From: a virus
DNA length: 64,000 bases
IMG/VR virus record: IMGVR_UViG_3300045988_091674
Direction: 5' to 3' (one strand)
Position 1 is the stretch's first letter; each line of letters starts with the position of its first letter. Made by a program: the position numbers and the translations under genes. The notes beneath the pieces were generated by a model, which was given only the letters and a program-made list of their open reading frames with translations, was not told the origin of the DNA and ran no database searches. Shown one piece after another: positions 11,349-22,457 of this stretch.

Positions 11349-11633
11349 CTAAACAGTATATATAGATGCGGAATTAGATTCAATTTCTTTTAAAGCTAAA
11401 TCGTAGGTTATTCCACCCTTTTTATGATCTGATTTAGCCATCGTTAGATAGAAGGAGCAAACTATACCATGAGCACTCCATGGTAAACCTATAAGAGCAC
11501 TAATCCATGGCAAAGTCCCCAAATAACCCATATAGACGCACATAAATGCTAAAAGTATTCCTGATATGGTTATAATCCACAATAGCAAGCGAATATCATT
11601 TATGAGCTTCTTAGAAAATTCTATCTTTTTCAT
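11349..11633 (-). CDS. holin-like membrane protein
   Basis: 94 aa with two hydrophobic segments. Starts 2 nt after the endolysin TAA. Confidence 0.5.
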   Translation of the reverse strand: MKKIEFSKKLINDIRLLLWIITISGILLAFMCVYMGYLGTLPWISALIGLPWSAHGIVCSFYLTMAKSDHKKGGITYDLALKEIESNSASIYTV

Positions 11634-11634
11634 C

Positions 11635-13041
11635 TTAAAGTCCTAGCTTTTCCGCCAATCTTCTAATCATAGTTACTGTTTCTAATCTAGTACAGAATTT
11701 GTTTGGCATCATTCTTCCAGCGCTGTCGCCGGCCATAATTCCATTTGTCTTAGCCCATTCGAGATTATCGGAACCCCATGTCTCTTTTTCATTAGCTTTA
11801 TTGGTTAGCCAAGTATTCATAAGCTCAGCGAATTTTTCATCAGTCATATCTTCATCATCCTCCTAAATATTTGTCATTAGGTTATAAACGTCTGTTCTTG
11901 CTGTTTCCATGCTTTTTCCAAATTTTGGAAACCAATGGTTTACATCTGCATGGTTAGAACCTAATCCTAGTTTATGACTATCAGCATGACATAAAATGGT
12001 TGGAACAGTGATACCATTTAAAGTAGTCGTTCCTAATGGATTTATGTTATACATCTTACATAAATAGGCAGTAATCTAACAAGCTTCTTCATAAATCTTA
12101 TTAAAATAGTCTGCATTATTTAAACCATCTTCGCAAATTTCAAACTAAATCCATCCATTATTACAAGAGCCTTTAGTTCCAGAACCACATCCCCAAGGAC
12201 GATAATTCCATGGCATTGTCTATATTGTTGTTACTGTTCCATCTGCTAGCTTGCCAATCCAGCAATTTAGCCCAGCTTGAATAGATACATGATTCCAGTC
12301 ATTTTTACTTGTATTCTTTCCTATTTTACTTATTAAAGTATTATAGTTGGGATCATTATCGCTAGGTTGAACATATCTTTTTAAATTAGGATTATTCGCG
12401 CCTGTACTATGCCATAAAATTCCTTTAACTTGCATAGTGCGTGTCTATTTATAGCAAGTGCTATTAGTCATCATGCATTGAAGTGGTTTATTGCTATCAC
12501 TATATTTCATTTTATTACCTCCTTCAATTATATTTGAAATATTAGCAAATTTATTATAATACTATTGACCATAACTTGTTCTCTTTTGTTGCATATAAAT
12601 ACTCTAATCCGCAGGTTTTTCAAACTAAATCAATACTGCCGTAGATGCTACTTCAACAGAAACGGCAGAAATTAAAATATTAACTAAAGAAGAAAAACTT
12701 GTAACTAACTCCTAATATAAAAAATCTAATTGGGTGTTTAAATCTCCAATAGATCTTCCACGATTTTGACAGAACTAAAGTAGATTTTGTTTTCTGCTCC
12801 AGAATGTCCATTGAGCTAGGCCATAGCCGGCTCCGTCTTTTACAAAGTTTTTATACCTTCCATCATCAACTGCGGAGGTATATCCTGCGTCGGTCATTTT
12901 TAATTTTTTTTCATAGGTGTTCTATAAGTTAATAGAATTAAGACCACTTTCGGCATAAAGATTACCCATTAAACCGGCAATTCCGCAATCACTAAAACCT
13001 TTGCCTTTAAAATATTTCCAAATAATTTGAGCATTAGTCAT
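11635..13041 (-). CDS. three-domain endolysin: phage tail-type lysozyme domain, amidase-like domain and C-terminal SLH domain; about 11 in-frame TAG codons
   Basis: Codon-by-codon translation from ATG at 13041 to TAA at 11635-37 shows no TAA or TGA in frame. N-terminal GIAGLMGNLYAESG...GAGYGLAQWT (Phage_lysozyme2-like), central ILWHSTGANNP...CHADSH...NHADVNHW, and C-terminal SLH-like WAKTNGIMAGDSAGRMMPNKFCTRLETVTMIRRL. An internal GGAGG-ATG sits at 12510. Confidence 0.75.
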
Positions 13042-13043
13042 TT

Positions 13044-13898
13044 TTATTTTTTTGTAATGAAAGAGCTATATCCAGCAGATTTTAATTTATCTTTTAGTCT
13101 TTCTGCATTTAATTTCACAGAGAAAGCACCTAATTGAACTTTATAAAAAATTCCTACTTTCTTGACATACCCGCTAAATCCTTTCTCTTCCAATTCCTTT
13201 AACATATTCTCTGCATTGGTTTTAGATAGAAATGCTCCTACTTGAACTCTGTAAAGAACTACCTCTTGTTCTTTCTTAAAATATACACACATTACATTAT
13301 CAACTGATCTTGCATAAATTTGAGAAGTTTTTCTTTTCCCATCTATTAGTAATCTAGTAGATCCGCCTCCATCTAAATTAATAGCATATTCTACTTTCAA
13401 TTCAAGAAAAATTTGCTATAGGGCAGCATAAACAAGACCTGGAGAATCTACGGTTACAATATAATAATTATTTTTATTCCATCCAATACAAGTCCTGCGG
13501 GCTTTATAATCTAATTCTTTTCCATCTGTTATAACTACTTTTTTGCTATCTACAATTAATGCAGGATAAGCTGCGATAAAATCTCTAGCGGTTTCATAAT
13601 CTTTTAATGTTGTATATATAAGTGTTTTATTGCCGCTAATTGCAACTCCATGACGAAAATCAGACTAAATAACAGTTCCTTCGTCTTTATAACTAAAGCA
13701 GGTGTTGCCATTATTCATGGCAAAGAAACCTCCATTAGTAATAATATCTGGTTTAGTAGCCTGTCTTTTATAATAAGCATCTGGAGTTTCCGTCGGTTGA
13801 TTGCATAAGGCAAAGTCAATTTTTTCAATGTCTGTGAAGGGAATTGTTACAATTTGAACATAAGAATAGAGACTATGTTTTTTGATACTATATCCCAT
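13044..13898 (-). CDS. cell-wall binding protein: DUF2233-like (phosphodiester glycosidase-like) domain plus two SPOR repeats; in-frame TAGs
   Basis: ORFs 13665..13898 and 13044..13400 join in frame through TAG codons. INLDGGGST motif, then YRVQVGAFLSKTNAE and YKVQLGAFSVKLNAE SPOR repeats. TAA stop at 13044-46. Confidence 0.6.
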
Positions 13899-13904
13899 AC
13901 TTTA

Positions 13905-13945
13905 TCTCCTTTCAATAATAAAACCCAATCTCTAAAGAGATTGGG
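13905..13945 (-). terminator. rho-independent terminator downstream of the PhoH-like gene
   Basis: Hairpin aacccaatctctaaagagattgggtt flanked by an A/T run. Confidence 0.5.
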
Positions 13946-13951
13946 TTTAAA

Positions 13952-15208
13952 TCAAATATATTCAGCTATTTGCGCGATTCTAGATCTATAAATATTACGG
14001 AGTTCTACTTCACCGTATATATCTTGTCCTCTATAAACTTTAGAAACTCGTTTCATTCCATTGTTTATGCCAGCAAAATGAATATCATCAACTTGAGTTT
14101 TTTCATCGCCGTCAATGATACAAATGCAATCCTCTCCAATTCTTTGAAGAGCCAACTTAATAAGTGTACGATCTAAATTCTGAGCTTCAGAAATGTATAT
14201 ACCTGCTCTTGAACCATTGGTATCATATCCTCTAATATCCGACATTGGTAGTAAAATTAATTTTTCTTCGCTCATAAGATGTTCTACTCCCGTTCTACCG
14301 CTGAATTTAGATATTAAGAGATTGCCGATTTGAGAGTCTAATAGTTTTTCATCTCTTGTTCCAGGTAGAAATCCTAATCTTGCACTATTGGCTGTGGCAA
14401 CGGTATTGCAAAATACAATAATATGATCAAGTTCGCCTTTTTCTAGCTTAGACATTAAATAGGCTAAGCTAATAAATGTTTTACCAGATCCCGCAGGCCC
14501 TTTAATCAAGGTAATTTTATTATTAGATAAGCTATCAAAAAGTAATTTTTGGTAAATATCATTTTGATATGGCTTTACTTTTCCAAACCAATTTGAATTA
14601 AAGTCATTATAATTTAGATATCTATGGTCGTTTCCAGTCCATACTCTCAAATCTACCACTTTATCATCCATATCTCTTATAATGAGATATTCTCCAACAT
14701 GAAGATTAAAATGATTCAGCTCTGGTTTTTGATAAAACTCTGTAAGATTCTCATCACTAGCAGAAATTTCTTTATATCCACTATAATTATCAGTTTCTTC
14801 TGGAATACTTTCTATCATGTCAGACCCGAAGAATAGATTTGCAATATGCTTTAGGCTTAAATCATTTGTTACAAAGATGACTTCATCCACTCTTTTATTA
14901 TTATTATACCAAATTGCATCAGACAGTATCCTTGTATCATCCGTTACGTCAAGACACATTTCTTTAATATAGTCTTCAAAATCTGTTTGATGGATTACTA
15001 CTTCATACATATCAGGGTGCGTTTCAAATAAATGTAGCAATAATCTAGCTGAATATTTTATATCTGAATCTTTATTGTTAGCGGTTTTAATTCTTTCCAA
15101 TTCCTGAAAAGTAATTGATGATACAATAAATTTTTCATCATTATTGAATAAGCCTTCTCCGCATATCAATAGTGAACAAGTATCATAGAACCGAATATCT
15201 TTATTCAT
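13952..15208 (-). CDS. phoH: PhoH-like ATPase with N-terminal PIN domain
   Basis: 418 aa. Walker A GPAGSGKT, PhoH-family C-terminal region, PIN-like N-terminus. Confidence 0.75.
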   Translation of the reverse strand: MNKDIRFYDTCSLLICGEGLFNNDEKFIVSSITFQELERIKTANNKDSDIKYSARLLLHLFETHPDMYEVVIHQTDFEDYIKEMCLDVTDDTRILSDAIWYNNNKRVDEVIFVTNDLSLKHIANLFFGSDMIESIPEETDNYSGYKEISASDENLTEFYQKPELNHFNLHVGEYLIIRDMDDKVVDLRVWTGNDHRYLNYNDFNSNWFGKVKPYQNDIYQKLLFDSLSNNKITLIKGPAGSGKTFISLAYLMSKLEKGELDHIIVFCNTVATANSARLGFLPGTRDEKLLDSQIGNLLISKFSGRTGVEHLMSEEKLILLPMSDIRGYDTNGSRAGIYISEAQNLDRTLIKLALQRIGEDCICIIDGDEKTQVDDIHFAGINNGMKRVSKVYRGQDIYGEVELRNIYRSRIAQIAEYI

Positions 15209-15476
15209 AATTTTCCTCTTCCTCTTCTGATGTAGTAGTAGTAAATCCTATAGCTTTTACACTCTTATTTATAGAGTTATTTAATCTATCTATTTTAGCA
15301 TTACACTCTACTATTTTTATACTTAATCTCGCTTTTAAGAGTTCTACAAAGACAGAAATAAGCTCTTTCAAGTCCAAAATGATTGGAATACCCAACGATC
15401 CAATAAGAATACCTATAAGTAAATATAACAAAATGTACCACCTTCTTCTTTATATATAACAAAAAAAGAAGGAGAT

Positions 15477-15938
15477 TTAATTATTATTGCCCTGACGAAA
15501 TTTTCTAACTATCGAGAGCGCCTTAGTTTGATTTTTAATGTAAGTTTTTAAGTTAGTTTCTTCTGTTTTTAATGCTTTTTTAAGAGCGGAAATGCGAGAT
15601 ATATAGCGCGTTATAGCATGATAAAAGTTGCCAGTAGGGTCCACTTCCGCGGGACCTGCTTTTCCGTACTTCGTTGCCTCTTGATAGAAATCATATCTAT
15701 ATTCCATTTCTTTTCGAGATTTTTTAATCTCGTAGTTCATAGCATTCATTCTTGCTTTTGATAAAGCGATATTTCTACCAACTCTATAGGAATAAAAACC
15801 TTTATCATTTTCTGCTAATTTTGCGTTCCCTGTAAATAACTTACCGTCATATAATATACCTATAATTGTATCTCCAATATTTTCATCAATTACTTCAGTT
15901 ACTATTGGAGCTTTATATATTGCGCTTACTACACTCAT
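15477..15938 (-). CDS. hypothetical protein
   Basis: 153 aa ORF with no TAG. Confidence 0.3.
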   Translation of the reverse strand: MSVVSAIYKAPIVTEVIDENIGDTIIGILYDGKLFTGNAKLAENDKGFYSYRVGRNIALSKARMNAMNYEIKKSRKEMEYRYDFYQEATKYGKAGPAEVDPTGNFYHAITRYISRISALKKALKTEETNLKTYIKNQTKALSIVRKFRQGNNN

Positions 15939-16087
15939 TATAAGTTTCTCCTAATCTTTTAAATCTTATATTTAGATTATATCATTTATTTATAGAAAAA
16001 TCAATTATTTTAAGTATTTTGAAGAAAAAATTGCTGGGCCTATGCGCACGGAAACTCGGAGTATCACGAAGCTAGGCATAAAAAAAA

Positions 16088-16120
16088 GACCTCTAACCAT
16101 ATTGGTTAGAGGTCTGATAA
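16088..16120 (-). terminator. rho-independent terminator
   Basis: Hairpin agacctctaaccaatatggttagaggtct followed by T8 on the minus strand. Confidence 0.65.
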
Positions 16121-16121
16121 A

Positions 16122-16808
16122 TTAATTATTGTTTGGATGTATTATGAAGGTACTCGTTTCTAATAGCAAATCTTTAAGTTCTATATCTTGATAATGCGTA
16201 TATGGAATGCGAATTATTGGGATGTTATTATCGAAGCAATAGTTATTCTTTTCAGTATCTCGAATTTGTTGACTTTCTTTTGTATGAATTTCATTTCCCC
16301 ATTTGCTATCCTAGAAATGCTATTTTCCATCATATTCTATAACATATTTATCCTATATAAAGAAGTCATATCGGAATAATGTACCATAAAAAATTTTTTC
16401 TTTAACAAAAGGAATTTTAGCATCTCGTAGTATTTCTGCAATCTTTTGCTCACCTAGAGATTTTATACATCCACAGCTTTTTGTATTTTCTTGTTGTAAA
16501 GAATTACCAGACACAATAATGGTATTTCCACAATCGCATTTGCACTTCCAATAACTTTTTGTTGATCCGTTTGGATTTTTCTTAGTGCCATTAAATTCTA
16601 TCACTGTTAATAATCCAAACTTCTATCCAACAAGATTTTTTAAATTATCATGTCCAGTTTTCTTTGCCGCTTCTTTTTGTAAGCATCCACAGCTCTTTTT
16701 ATGGCCAGATTTAAGGTCTGCGCTAGACGCATAAGTTTCATTTCCACAAGAGCATTTACATCTCCAAATAACTCCACCTCTATGATCTCGCTGCTTTGTT
16801 TCTTCCAA
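16122..16808 (-). CDS. zinc-ribbon-repeat endonuclease-like protein (paralog 1), four in-frame TAGs
   Basis: ORFs 16623..16808 and 16353..16604 are in frame, separated by TAG. Two WxCxCxCGN...SCGC zinc ribbons, then YDFFI-TAG-DKYVIEYDGK-TAG-HF... (PD-(D/E)xK-like). True stop is TAA at 16122-24. Confidence 0.6.
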
Positions 16809-16905
16809 GACGGTTAATTGATTAAATTGCTAACCAACTAAATTTATTTTTTTACCCAATTCAATCACCTCTAATATTAGTAAATGTTAGAGTAGATAAA
16901 TTAAA

Positions 16906-17460
16906 TCAATTTGTAAAATTTTTTATATCATTGATAATGTTGTCTAGTAAAACTGGATAGCTATTATGGGCATCAACTTCACAATGATAAATAATTCCTT
17001 TGTCCATATCAACAAAAGGATTAGTAGTATGAGTATGTCCGCAAAGATTTATAATTTTATTTTTTAGAGGTTTATTTAAATCATCAAGATTACCAGTTAA
17101 AGTGGGGAAATGAGACATATAGAAGTGATATTTCTTGTATTTAAGAGCAATAGCCCAAGCAGTTTCCATCACATTAGGAAGCTTGGCATACATTTTCTTG
17201 CGGCTATCCGTACAGTGGTTTCCAAAAGCAATGTGGAGTTTTCCATTCATAGAGGAAATAAACTCCTTATTTCTCTCAAGACCGTCTGCTCCACCGAGGC
17301 AGAGGTCCCCAAGAACATATACATCATCTTCTGGAGTGACAATAGAGTTATGCCTCTCGATAAGAGCAACATTCATCTCTTCAACAGAGTTGAATCCACG
17401 AGATTTATAGACAAATTCACGGTCATGCGAGAAGTGCCAATCCGAGGTTACGAAAATCAT
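16906..17460 (-). CDS. calcineurin-like metallophosphoesterase (possible 3'-phosphatase partner of Pnk)
   Basis: 184 aa. GDLCLGG and GNHC motifs. Overlaps the start of the kinase gene. Confidence 0.6.
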   Translation of the reverse strand: MIFVTSDWHFSHDREFVYKSRGFNSVEEMNVALIERHNSIVTPEDDVYVLGDLCLGGADGLERNKEFISSMNGKLHIAFGNHCTDSRKKMYAKLPNVMETAWAIALKYKKYHFYMSHFPTLTGNLDDLNKPLKNKIINLCGHTHTTNPFVDMDKGIIYHCEVDAHNSYPVLLDNIINDIKNFTN

Positions 17461-17990
17461 TTATCTCTCTCCTCCATTCCATGATGATTAATTCTTACTT
17501 CTTTAAATCCGTACTTATAAAGTTTAAATTCTGCGGGAGTGGGAGATCTATAGTTTCTAGCCATCTTCCTAATTGCGGACTCTGGGACTTGAGAAAATCC
17601 TTCTCTCAAGCTATTGCGAGCGATACAGGTATCAATCCCGCAATCGCAAACTTCGAAGACAAGTCTTGTTTTTCCGTCCGGCCGCAGTCTACCCAATAGC
17701 TTTGCTCTTGATCCTTGGGAAATATGAGTTGCGTCAACAAAGACGTAATCAATTCCGATTTCGAGACATTCGTTAATCTGACGGACAAATTCTTCGAATA
17801 CATCATTCTCTTTTCCGAAGTAACTTCCATCACCAACGAAAGATTTTCTTATCTCGTCACGGGAGATAATAGTAGTATGAAAACCATCCATTTCAAGCAA
17901 CTCAGCTTCTTTATGCGCCCAAGTAGATTTTCCACTACCGGGGATACCGACCATAACTTTTACTTCAATAGTCATACTGCTTTCCTCCAT
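17457..17990 (-). CDS. pnk: polynucleotide 5'-kinase (T4 Pnk kinase-domain-like)
   Basis: 177 aa. GIPGSGKSTWA is nearly identical to T4 Pnk GCPGSGKSTWA. Confidence 0.7.
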   Translation of the reverse strand: MEESSMTIEVKVMVGIPGSGKSTWAHKEAELLEMDGFHTTIISRDEIRKSFVGDGSYFGKENDVFEEFVRQINECLEIGIDYVFVDATHISQGSRAKLLGRLRPDGKTRLVFEVCDCGIDTCIARNSLREGFSQVPESAIRKMARNYRSPTPAEFKLYKYGFKEVRINHHGMEERDK

Positions 17991-18051
17991 TCATTTAACT
18001 TTCTATAAATATTATAATATATTTTTTATAAAATATCAAAAGATTTTTATT

Positions 18052-18939
18052 TTAAATCTCAACTGGTTGAATTAGTTCTTCAATATAAGTCCTACCTTCA
18101 TCTTTGAATAGAGGAATATTAAGGTCAATAAACCAATAGTGTTTAAAATGAATTGAGCCATCTTCTCTTTCCGTTTCTTCGCAGTCTTTTATACAACAAG
18201 AACCTCTCTTCAAATAGGTCGGTAGACTATTCCAATCTATCCCCTTTTTGGAAATAAGCATCTCTAAAATTTCACTACTGCACTTACCCTGAAGTTCACT
18301 ATGAGAAAAATTTGCTTGACCAACCATTTGAATAGAATTGCGAATGGCATCTAACTGTCGCCAGTAAATGAGATTTGTTACCTCTTCTTTTGGGATATTA
18401 AAAACACGTGCATCAAACATAGCACCTTTTGCGCTTGCCATCCGTAAAGTTTTCATATATTCTTGATGTTTCTGTCGGATTTCTACACTTTGCGGAGTTA
18501 GAGAACACTTCCAATCAACTTCGTATGCTTCAATCGCTCGATGAAAAGCTTTATTAAAAGCCATTGTCGCCATAGATGCTGCAACAGAGCACATCTTTTG
18601 AACTTCGTAGTCAAACCACGCTTCACTATTTAATTTCTTGTAATCAACAAGAATTAGAGTTATTTCATCACTTTGTGTATATCCAAGAACACATCCTTGA
18701 ATATTTCTGCACAAATACTCTGTAGTTTCTTGCATAGCTTCAACTAACACTTCGTCAAATGGTTTTTTAAATCCTTTAGTGAAGGTATGAAATGCTTTTC
18801 CATCAATTCTAATTGCTACTGGAGTTCTGCGCATGAGGTGAGTTTTAGGTACCTGTTCATAAAACTCCTTCATACGAGTACCAAGTTGGTCATTCATACT
18901 GTTTATCCTCCATATCAACCATAAAAATATGCTCGTCAA
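18052..18939 (-). CDS. Thg1-like protein (tRNA-His guanylyltransferase family / tRNA 5'-end repair)
   Basis: 295 aa. IRIDGKAFHTF matches the Thg1 RxDGRxFHxF motif. Confidence 0.6.
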   Translation of the reverse strand: MTSIFLWLIWRINSMNDQLGTRMKEFYEQVPKTHLMRRTPVAIRIDGKAFHTFTKGFKKPFDEVLVEAMQETTEYLCRNIQGCVLGYTQSDEITLILVDYKKLNSEAWFDYEVQKMCSVAASMATMAFNKAFHRAIEAYEVDWKCSLTPQSVEIRQKHQEYMKTLRMASAKGAMFDARVFNIPKEEVTNLIYWRQLDAIRNSIQMVGQANFSHSELQGKCSSEILEMLISKKGIDWNSLPTYLKRGSCCIKDCEETEREDGSIHFKHYWFIDLNIPLFKDEGRTYIEELIQPVEI

Positions 18940-19624
18940 AGGTATCGAGATTTAAGAGAACGGTTTGTCCAGTAAAGAAACTGCCACAATCAATATTTAC
19001 CTTATGGTCATTGCAGTACCAAAAAGCACCCTCAACATAAGAGTCTTCTCTCGCTCCAAAGAAATTTTTTAGACTTCCTCTATAGCCTCTAATCATACCG
19101 GGGATAGGAGTATGTCCATGAACACAGATAGTATTATTTTCATAGTAAGTATCCCAAATATGTTCTCTATCCCAGATTAAATCTCTTGTATTTGGATTAG
19201 AACCTGCTGTAAGCCCTGCATGACAAAGAGCTATTTTAACATCGTCTTTATTGCAGTATTCCATATAAGTAGGTAACTTACTTAAATAATTACACCAATC
19301 AGGGTTCGCACCATCACTTATCCAACCTTCAAAGGTGTCTTTCCCTCCATTAAAACAAAGCAAAGCATAATCTCTGTCGAAACATTCATACTTCGCATAT
19401 TCTCTCATTGCATTGACAAGCATATCTTCGTGATTACCCTTGATGTAGATAAATTGCGGATCTGCGGCAACTGCTTTAATGGTTTCCCAAGGATCAGGTC
19501 CCCGATCGCCGCAATCGCCCAGGCAATAAACTTTATCTTCTGGTTTTAAAAATTTCTTTACCTCTTGATAAAGACATAACATACCATGAAGATCACTAAT
19601 AGCGTATACGCTCACTTTAATCAC
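18890..19624 (-). CDS. metallophosphatase (PPP-family or diadenosine-tetraphosphatase-like)
   Basis: 244 aa. DLHGML, GDCGDRGPD and GNHE motifs. Confidence 0.65.
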   Translation of the reverse strand: MIKVSVYAISDLHGMLCLYQEVKKFLKPEDKVYCLGDCGDRGPDPWETIKAVAADPQFIYIKGNHEDMLVNAMREYAKYECFDRDYALLCFNGGKDTFEGWISDGANPDWCNYLSKLPTYMEYCNKDDVKIALCHAGLTAGSNPNTRDLIWDREHIWDTYYENNTICVHGHTPIPGMIRGYRGSLKNFFGAREDSYVEGAFWYCNDHKVNIDCGSFFTGQTVLLNLDTFDEHIFMVDMEDKQYE

Positions 19625-19687
19625 TTCCTTTATTATATTATACCATAATAAAATATAAAAATAAAGAGAGCGTAAAGCTCTCTTTAT

Positions 19688-20410
19688 TTAAAAGAAGGGG
19701 CAGATTGGCATTTCCTCTGTTTTATGTAGGTTTCTCTTGTGTCTCTGCTCAATATTTTTATATACTTCATACGGAGGAGTAATACGATATAGCAAAAAGT
19801 TATCAAGAGTTTTATAAGAAAAACCTAGATTCTCTTCATCTGAGAGTCCAGTTAATCCATCTTCTGGAACTTTTTCTATAAATTTCTCCGGTAGACCAAG
19901 TTCTAAACCAATCTCTTTAACTTCTGTTACTGTGTAATTGTGCAGAATTGAAAAATCTCCCGCGGAATCACCAAATTTGGTTGAATAACCAACATAATTT
20001 TCACTTCTATTACAAGTGTTTGCAACTCTACCATGTCGAGCAGCCGCGATGGCATAAAGAATATTCATTCTTTCTCTTGCTGGAACGTTACTTACAACTT
20101 GAGGAAGATTACGAATATCAGAGGGTAGGGAGAAAAAAGTTGCTTTGCAAGCCTCTCCAATGTTGATATTATAATGTTCTTTAATGCCTAGATACTCAAT
20201 AACTTCATTTGAAATATCAATGTCTGATTGATACCCTTGTGGCATTTGAACTGCAATTACATTTTCTGGCCCAATAGCTTTACAAAGCAGTGCGGCAGCG
20301 ACAGTAGAATCTTTTCCTCCAGAAATACCAATAACAGCTTTGCAGTCCGGGCCGTTGTCGATAAAATATTTTTTAATCCAGTTAATGATTCTTTGAACTC
20401 TTATTGTCAT
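19688..20410 (-). CDS. nadE: NH3-dependent NAD+ synthetase
   Basis: 240 aa with PP-loop SGGKDS. Confidence 0.75.
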   Translation of the reverse strand: MTIRVQRIINWIKKYFIDNGPDCKAVIGISGGKDSTVAAALLCKAIGPENVIAVQMPQGYQSDIDISNEVIEYLGIKEHYNINIGEACKATFFSLPSDIRNLPQVVSNVPARERMNILYAIAAARHGRVANTCNRSENYVGYSTKFGDSAGDFSILHNYTVTEVKEIGLELGLPEKFIEKVPEDGLTGLSDEENLGFSYKTLDNFLLYRITPPYEVYKNIEQRHKRNLHKTEEMPICPFF

Positions 20411-20415
20411 AAGAT

Positions 20416-22005
20416 TTACTCTCCCATCAGTCGATTCTTAATTGTATAAAAATCTTCCTCGTTTTCGCGTACAAAAACACCATCTTTTACTTTGAATTTC
20501 ATTACATTATCCTTATATTCGATGGCTTCTTTAAGAGTAAGATTTTCAACAAGCCTATATTGGCCCTCTGAGTCTTTAACAACCGCTACGCATCCACGAG
20601 GAGATTTTTTCCCAGGATCGGTTTTTGGCATCTTGTAGATTTGGATTTCATCTTCTCCAAGAATACAATCGGTAGCCTTAATTGCATAGCCTCTAGTGTC
20701 ACGAGTTACATATTGATAAGTATATGCGCCAATTCCAAAACAGATATTTGATACTGAAATAGAATTATTGACACACCAATTACATATTTTTTCAGTGATC
20801 TCGGGAGTGATCGCATCGCCATAAATAACACGAATACAAGAGGGAAGCTCAAAATAACCCTTTCTATTAAGGTTGCCGCCAAAAGTATCAAAGAGACTGA
20901 CAAGAGTTCCTTTACCCTCCGGGGAGTCAGGATCAACAGCAAAACTTGTGTCCCCGCAAATGATTTTTACTGGATCTCCGCTATCGGGGCGGATGGAAAG
21001 GCATCCATCCCGCTGCTCGATAATGTCTCTCAATGCAGGAACAATTTTAGATACTACACCCCAATAATCATATGTATCTGCTACATAAGTCATTGTCCCA
21101 GTAGGCTGAATATTGATAAGAAGATGGCGCAGGAAGAGCATCTCAGCAATAAGATTAACTTCCCAATTTTCAGAGAGGCAAGTATTGAGTAGAGCTTGCT
21201 CCTCGGCTTCTAGCTCACCATTGAACATCTGCGCTCTTTTCCATGCTACACCCTGTTCAACAACAGAGTGCTCCAGAGATGGAGTTCCCATTAGAGGAGG
21301 ATTATTCTCTAAATCTGCTCCATAATATTTCTCCAAAAGAAGATTAGAACCAATGGTCGCAGTCCTATCAAAAGACAAAGCGTGCGCGGCGCCAGAGATA
21401 TAGCCCGCTTCAAGTGAAGTGTGACCGCGGAGAGAGAAGTCACCGCACATATGAGGGAGAGCAGACATATCGTCACAGGTCATCTTAACATAAGGCTCGA
21501 TTAGCTTACGTCGATAGAAGGCTGTCGTGGCAGAAGTAGAAGGAAGCCAGTTATTTGCACTCCACTGATCTTCAATAAACTGCGGAAGCCATGCAAATTC
21601 AGGATCAGTAGAAAAGATAACATGATCTGGAATACCGATAGGAAGAAGTGTACCTTCGGGAACTCCCATAATTGAAATGGGAAGATAGCCAAGCTCATAA
21701 AGTTTCCTAAACTTGCTGAAATCTGCATAGCCAGGATGGAAAGTATCCTTGATTACCCTGTTCCACTCGCTTTCAAGCAGATCAATGGGCTGATTAAAAA
21801 ATTCTGCCTGCCAGTAATTAAGCAGTCGCTGGATGGTATATTGATGGCCAAACACCATAGTTTTGGCGCAGTCTTTATGATATTTATTGCTGCGAGCAGT
21901 CCAAGTAGAATACACCATCTTTGCGTCGGCAGGCTGCATTTTAACCGCATGACCAATCTTATAATAGTCTGCCGCAAACATAGGTGCTACATCAAAGAAA
22001 CTCAT
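20416..22005 (-). CDS. nicotinamide phosphoribosyltransferase-like (NAMPT/NadV)
   Basis: 529 aa. Size and context within an NAD-salvage block. Assignment by overall similarity pattern, not a single motif. Confidence 0.55.
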   Translation of the reverse strand: MSFFDVAPMFAADYYKIGHAVKMQPADAKMVYSTWTARSNKYHKDCAKTMVFGHQYTIQRLLNYWQAEFFNQPIDLLESEWNRVIKDTFHPGYADFSKFRKLYELGYLPISIMGVPEGTLLPIGIPDHVIFSTDPEFAWLPQFIEDQWSANNWLPSTSATTAFYRRKLIEPYVKMTCDDMSALPHMCGDFSLRGHTSLEAGYISGAAHALSFDRTATIGSNLLLEKYYGADLENNPPLMGTPSLEHSVVEQGVAWKRAQMFNGELEAEEQALLNTCLSENWEVNLIAEMLFLRHLLINIQPTGTMTYVADTYDYWGVVSKIVPALRDIIEQRDGCLSIRPDSGDPVKIICGDTSFAVDPDSPEGKGTLVSLFDTFGGNLNRKGYFELPSCIRVIYGDAITPEITEKICNWCVNNSISVSNICFGIGAYTYQYVTRDTRGYAIKATDCILGEDEIQIYKMPKTDPGKKSPRGCVAVVKDSEGQYRLVENLTLKEAIEYKDNVMKFKVKDGVFVRENEEDFYTIKNRLMGE

Positions 22006-22088
22006 AAAATCTTCCTTTCCTTATTTCTTTATTATATTATAACATATATTTTTATAAAAATAAAAAGCTCTCATAAGAGAGCTTTTTA

Positions 22089-22457
22089 TCAATTTTGAAG
22101 CAAGCTGAATAATGCTTCAATTCCTACGTATTCTGGCGCAATAATGCAAGTAATAATTGGAACACAAACTGTAATAATGACTGAAAGTATGGGCACGAAT
22201 GTAAGAATGTGCAGGTGCCATTTTTTAAAATCGACTTCAATCATTAGATATAGTATAAACCATATAATACTAGAAATAATAGCACCTATAAAAACCCCAA
22301 CAAAAATGTTAAATCCTAAATCTTTAACGGTTACGTACCAGCCATATTTAGCCAACCACATTGGAGCATTTTCCATAATAGTTTGAGTGGTTACTCCAAA
22401 AAAGTTAGCAAGAGACTGTAAAATAGAAGCCAACGTCTGCTCTAAAGTCAAACTCAT
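22089..22457 (-). CDS. small multi-pass membrane protein
   Basis: 122 aa with three hydrophobic segments. Confidence 0.4.
   Translation of the reverse strand: MSLTLEQTLASILQSLANFFGVTTQTIMENAPMWLAKYGWYVTVKDLGFNIFVGVFIGAIISSIIWFILYLMIEVDFKKWHLHILTFVPILSVIITVCVPIITCIIAPEYVGIEALFSLLQN

Noticed and set aside
12510-12512. Separate amidase gene starting at the internal GGAGG-ATG (12510)
   Set aside because: Codon-by-codon translation shows the upstream lysozyme domain is in the same frame, with no TAA or TGA between 13041 and 12510. Treated as one multi-domain ORF. An internal start remains possible.
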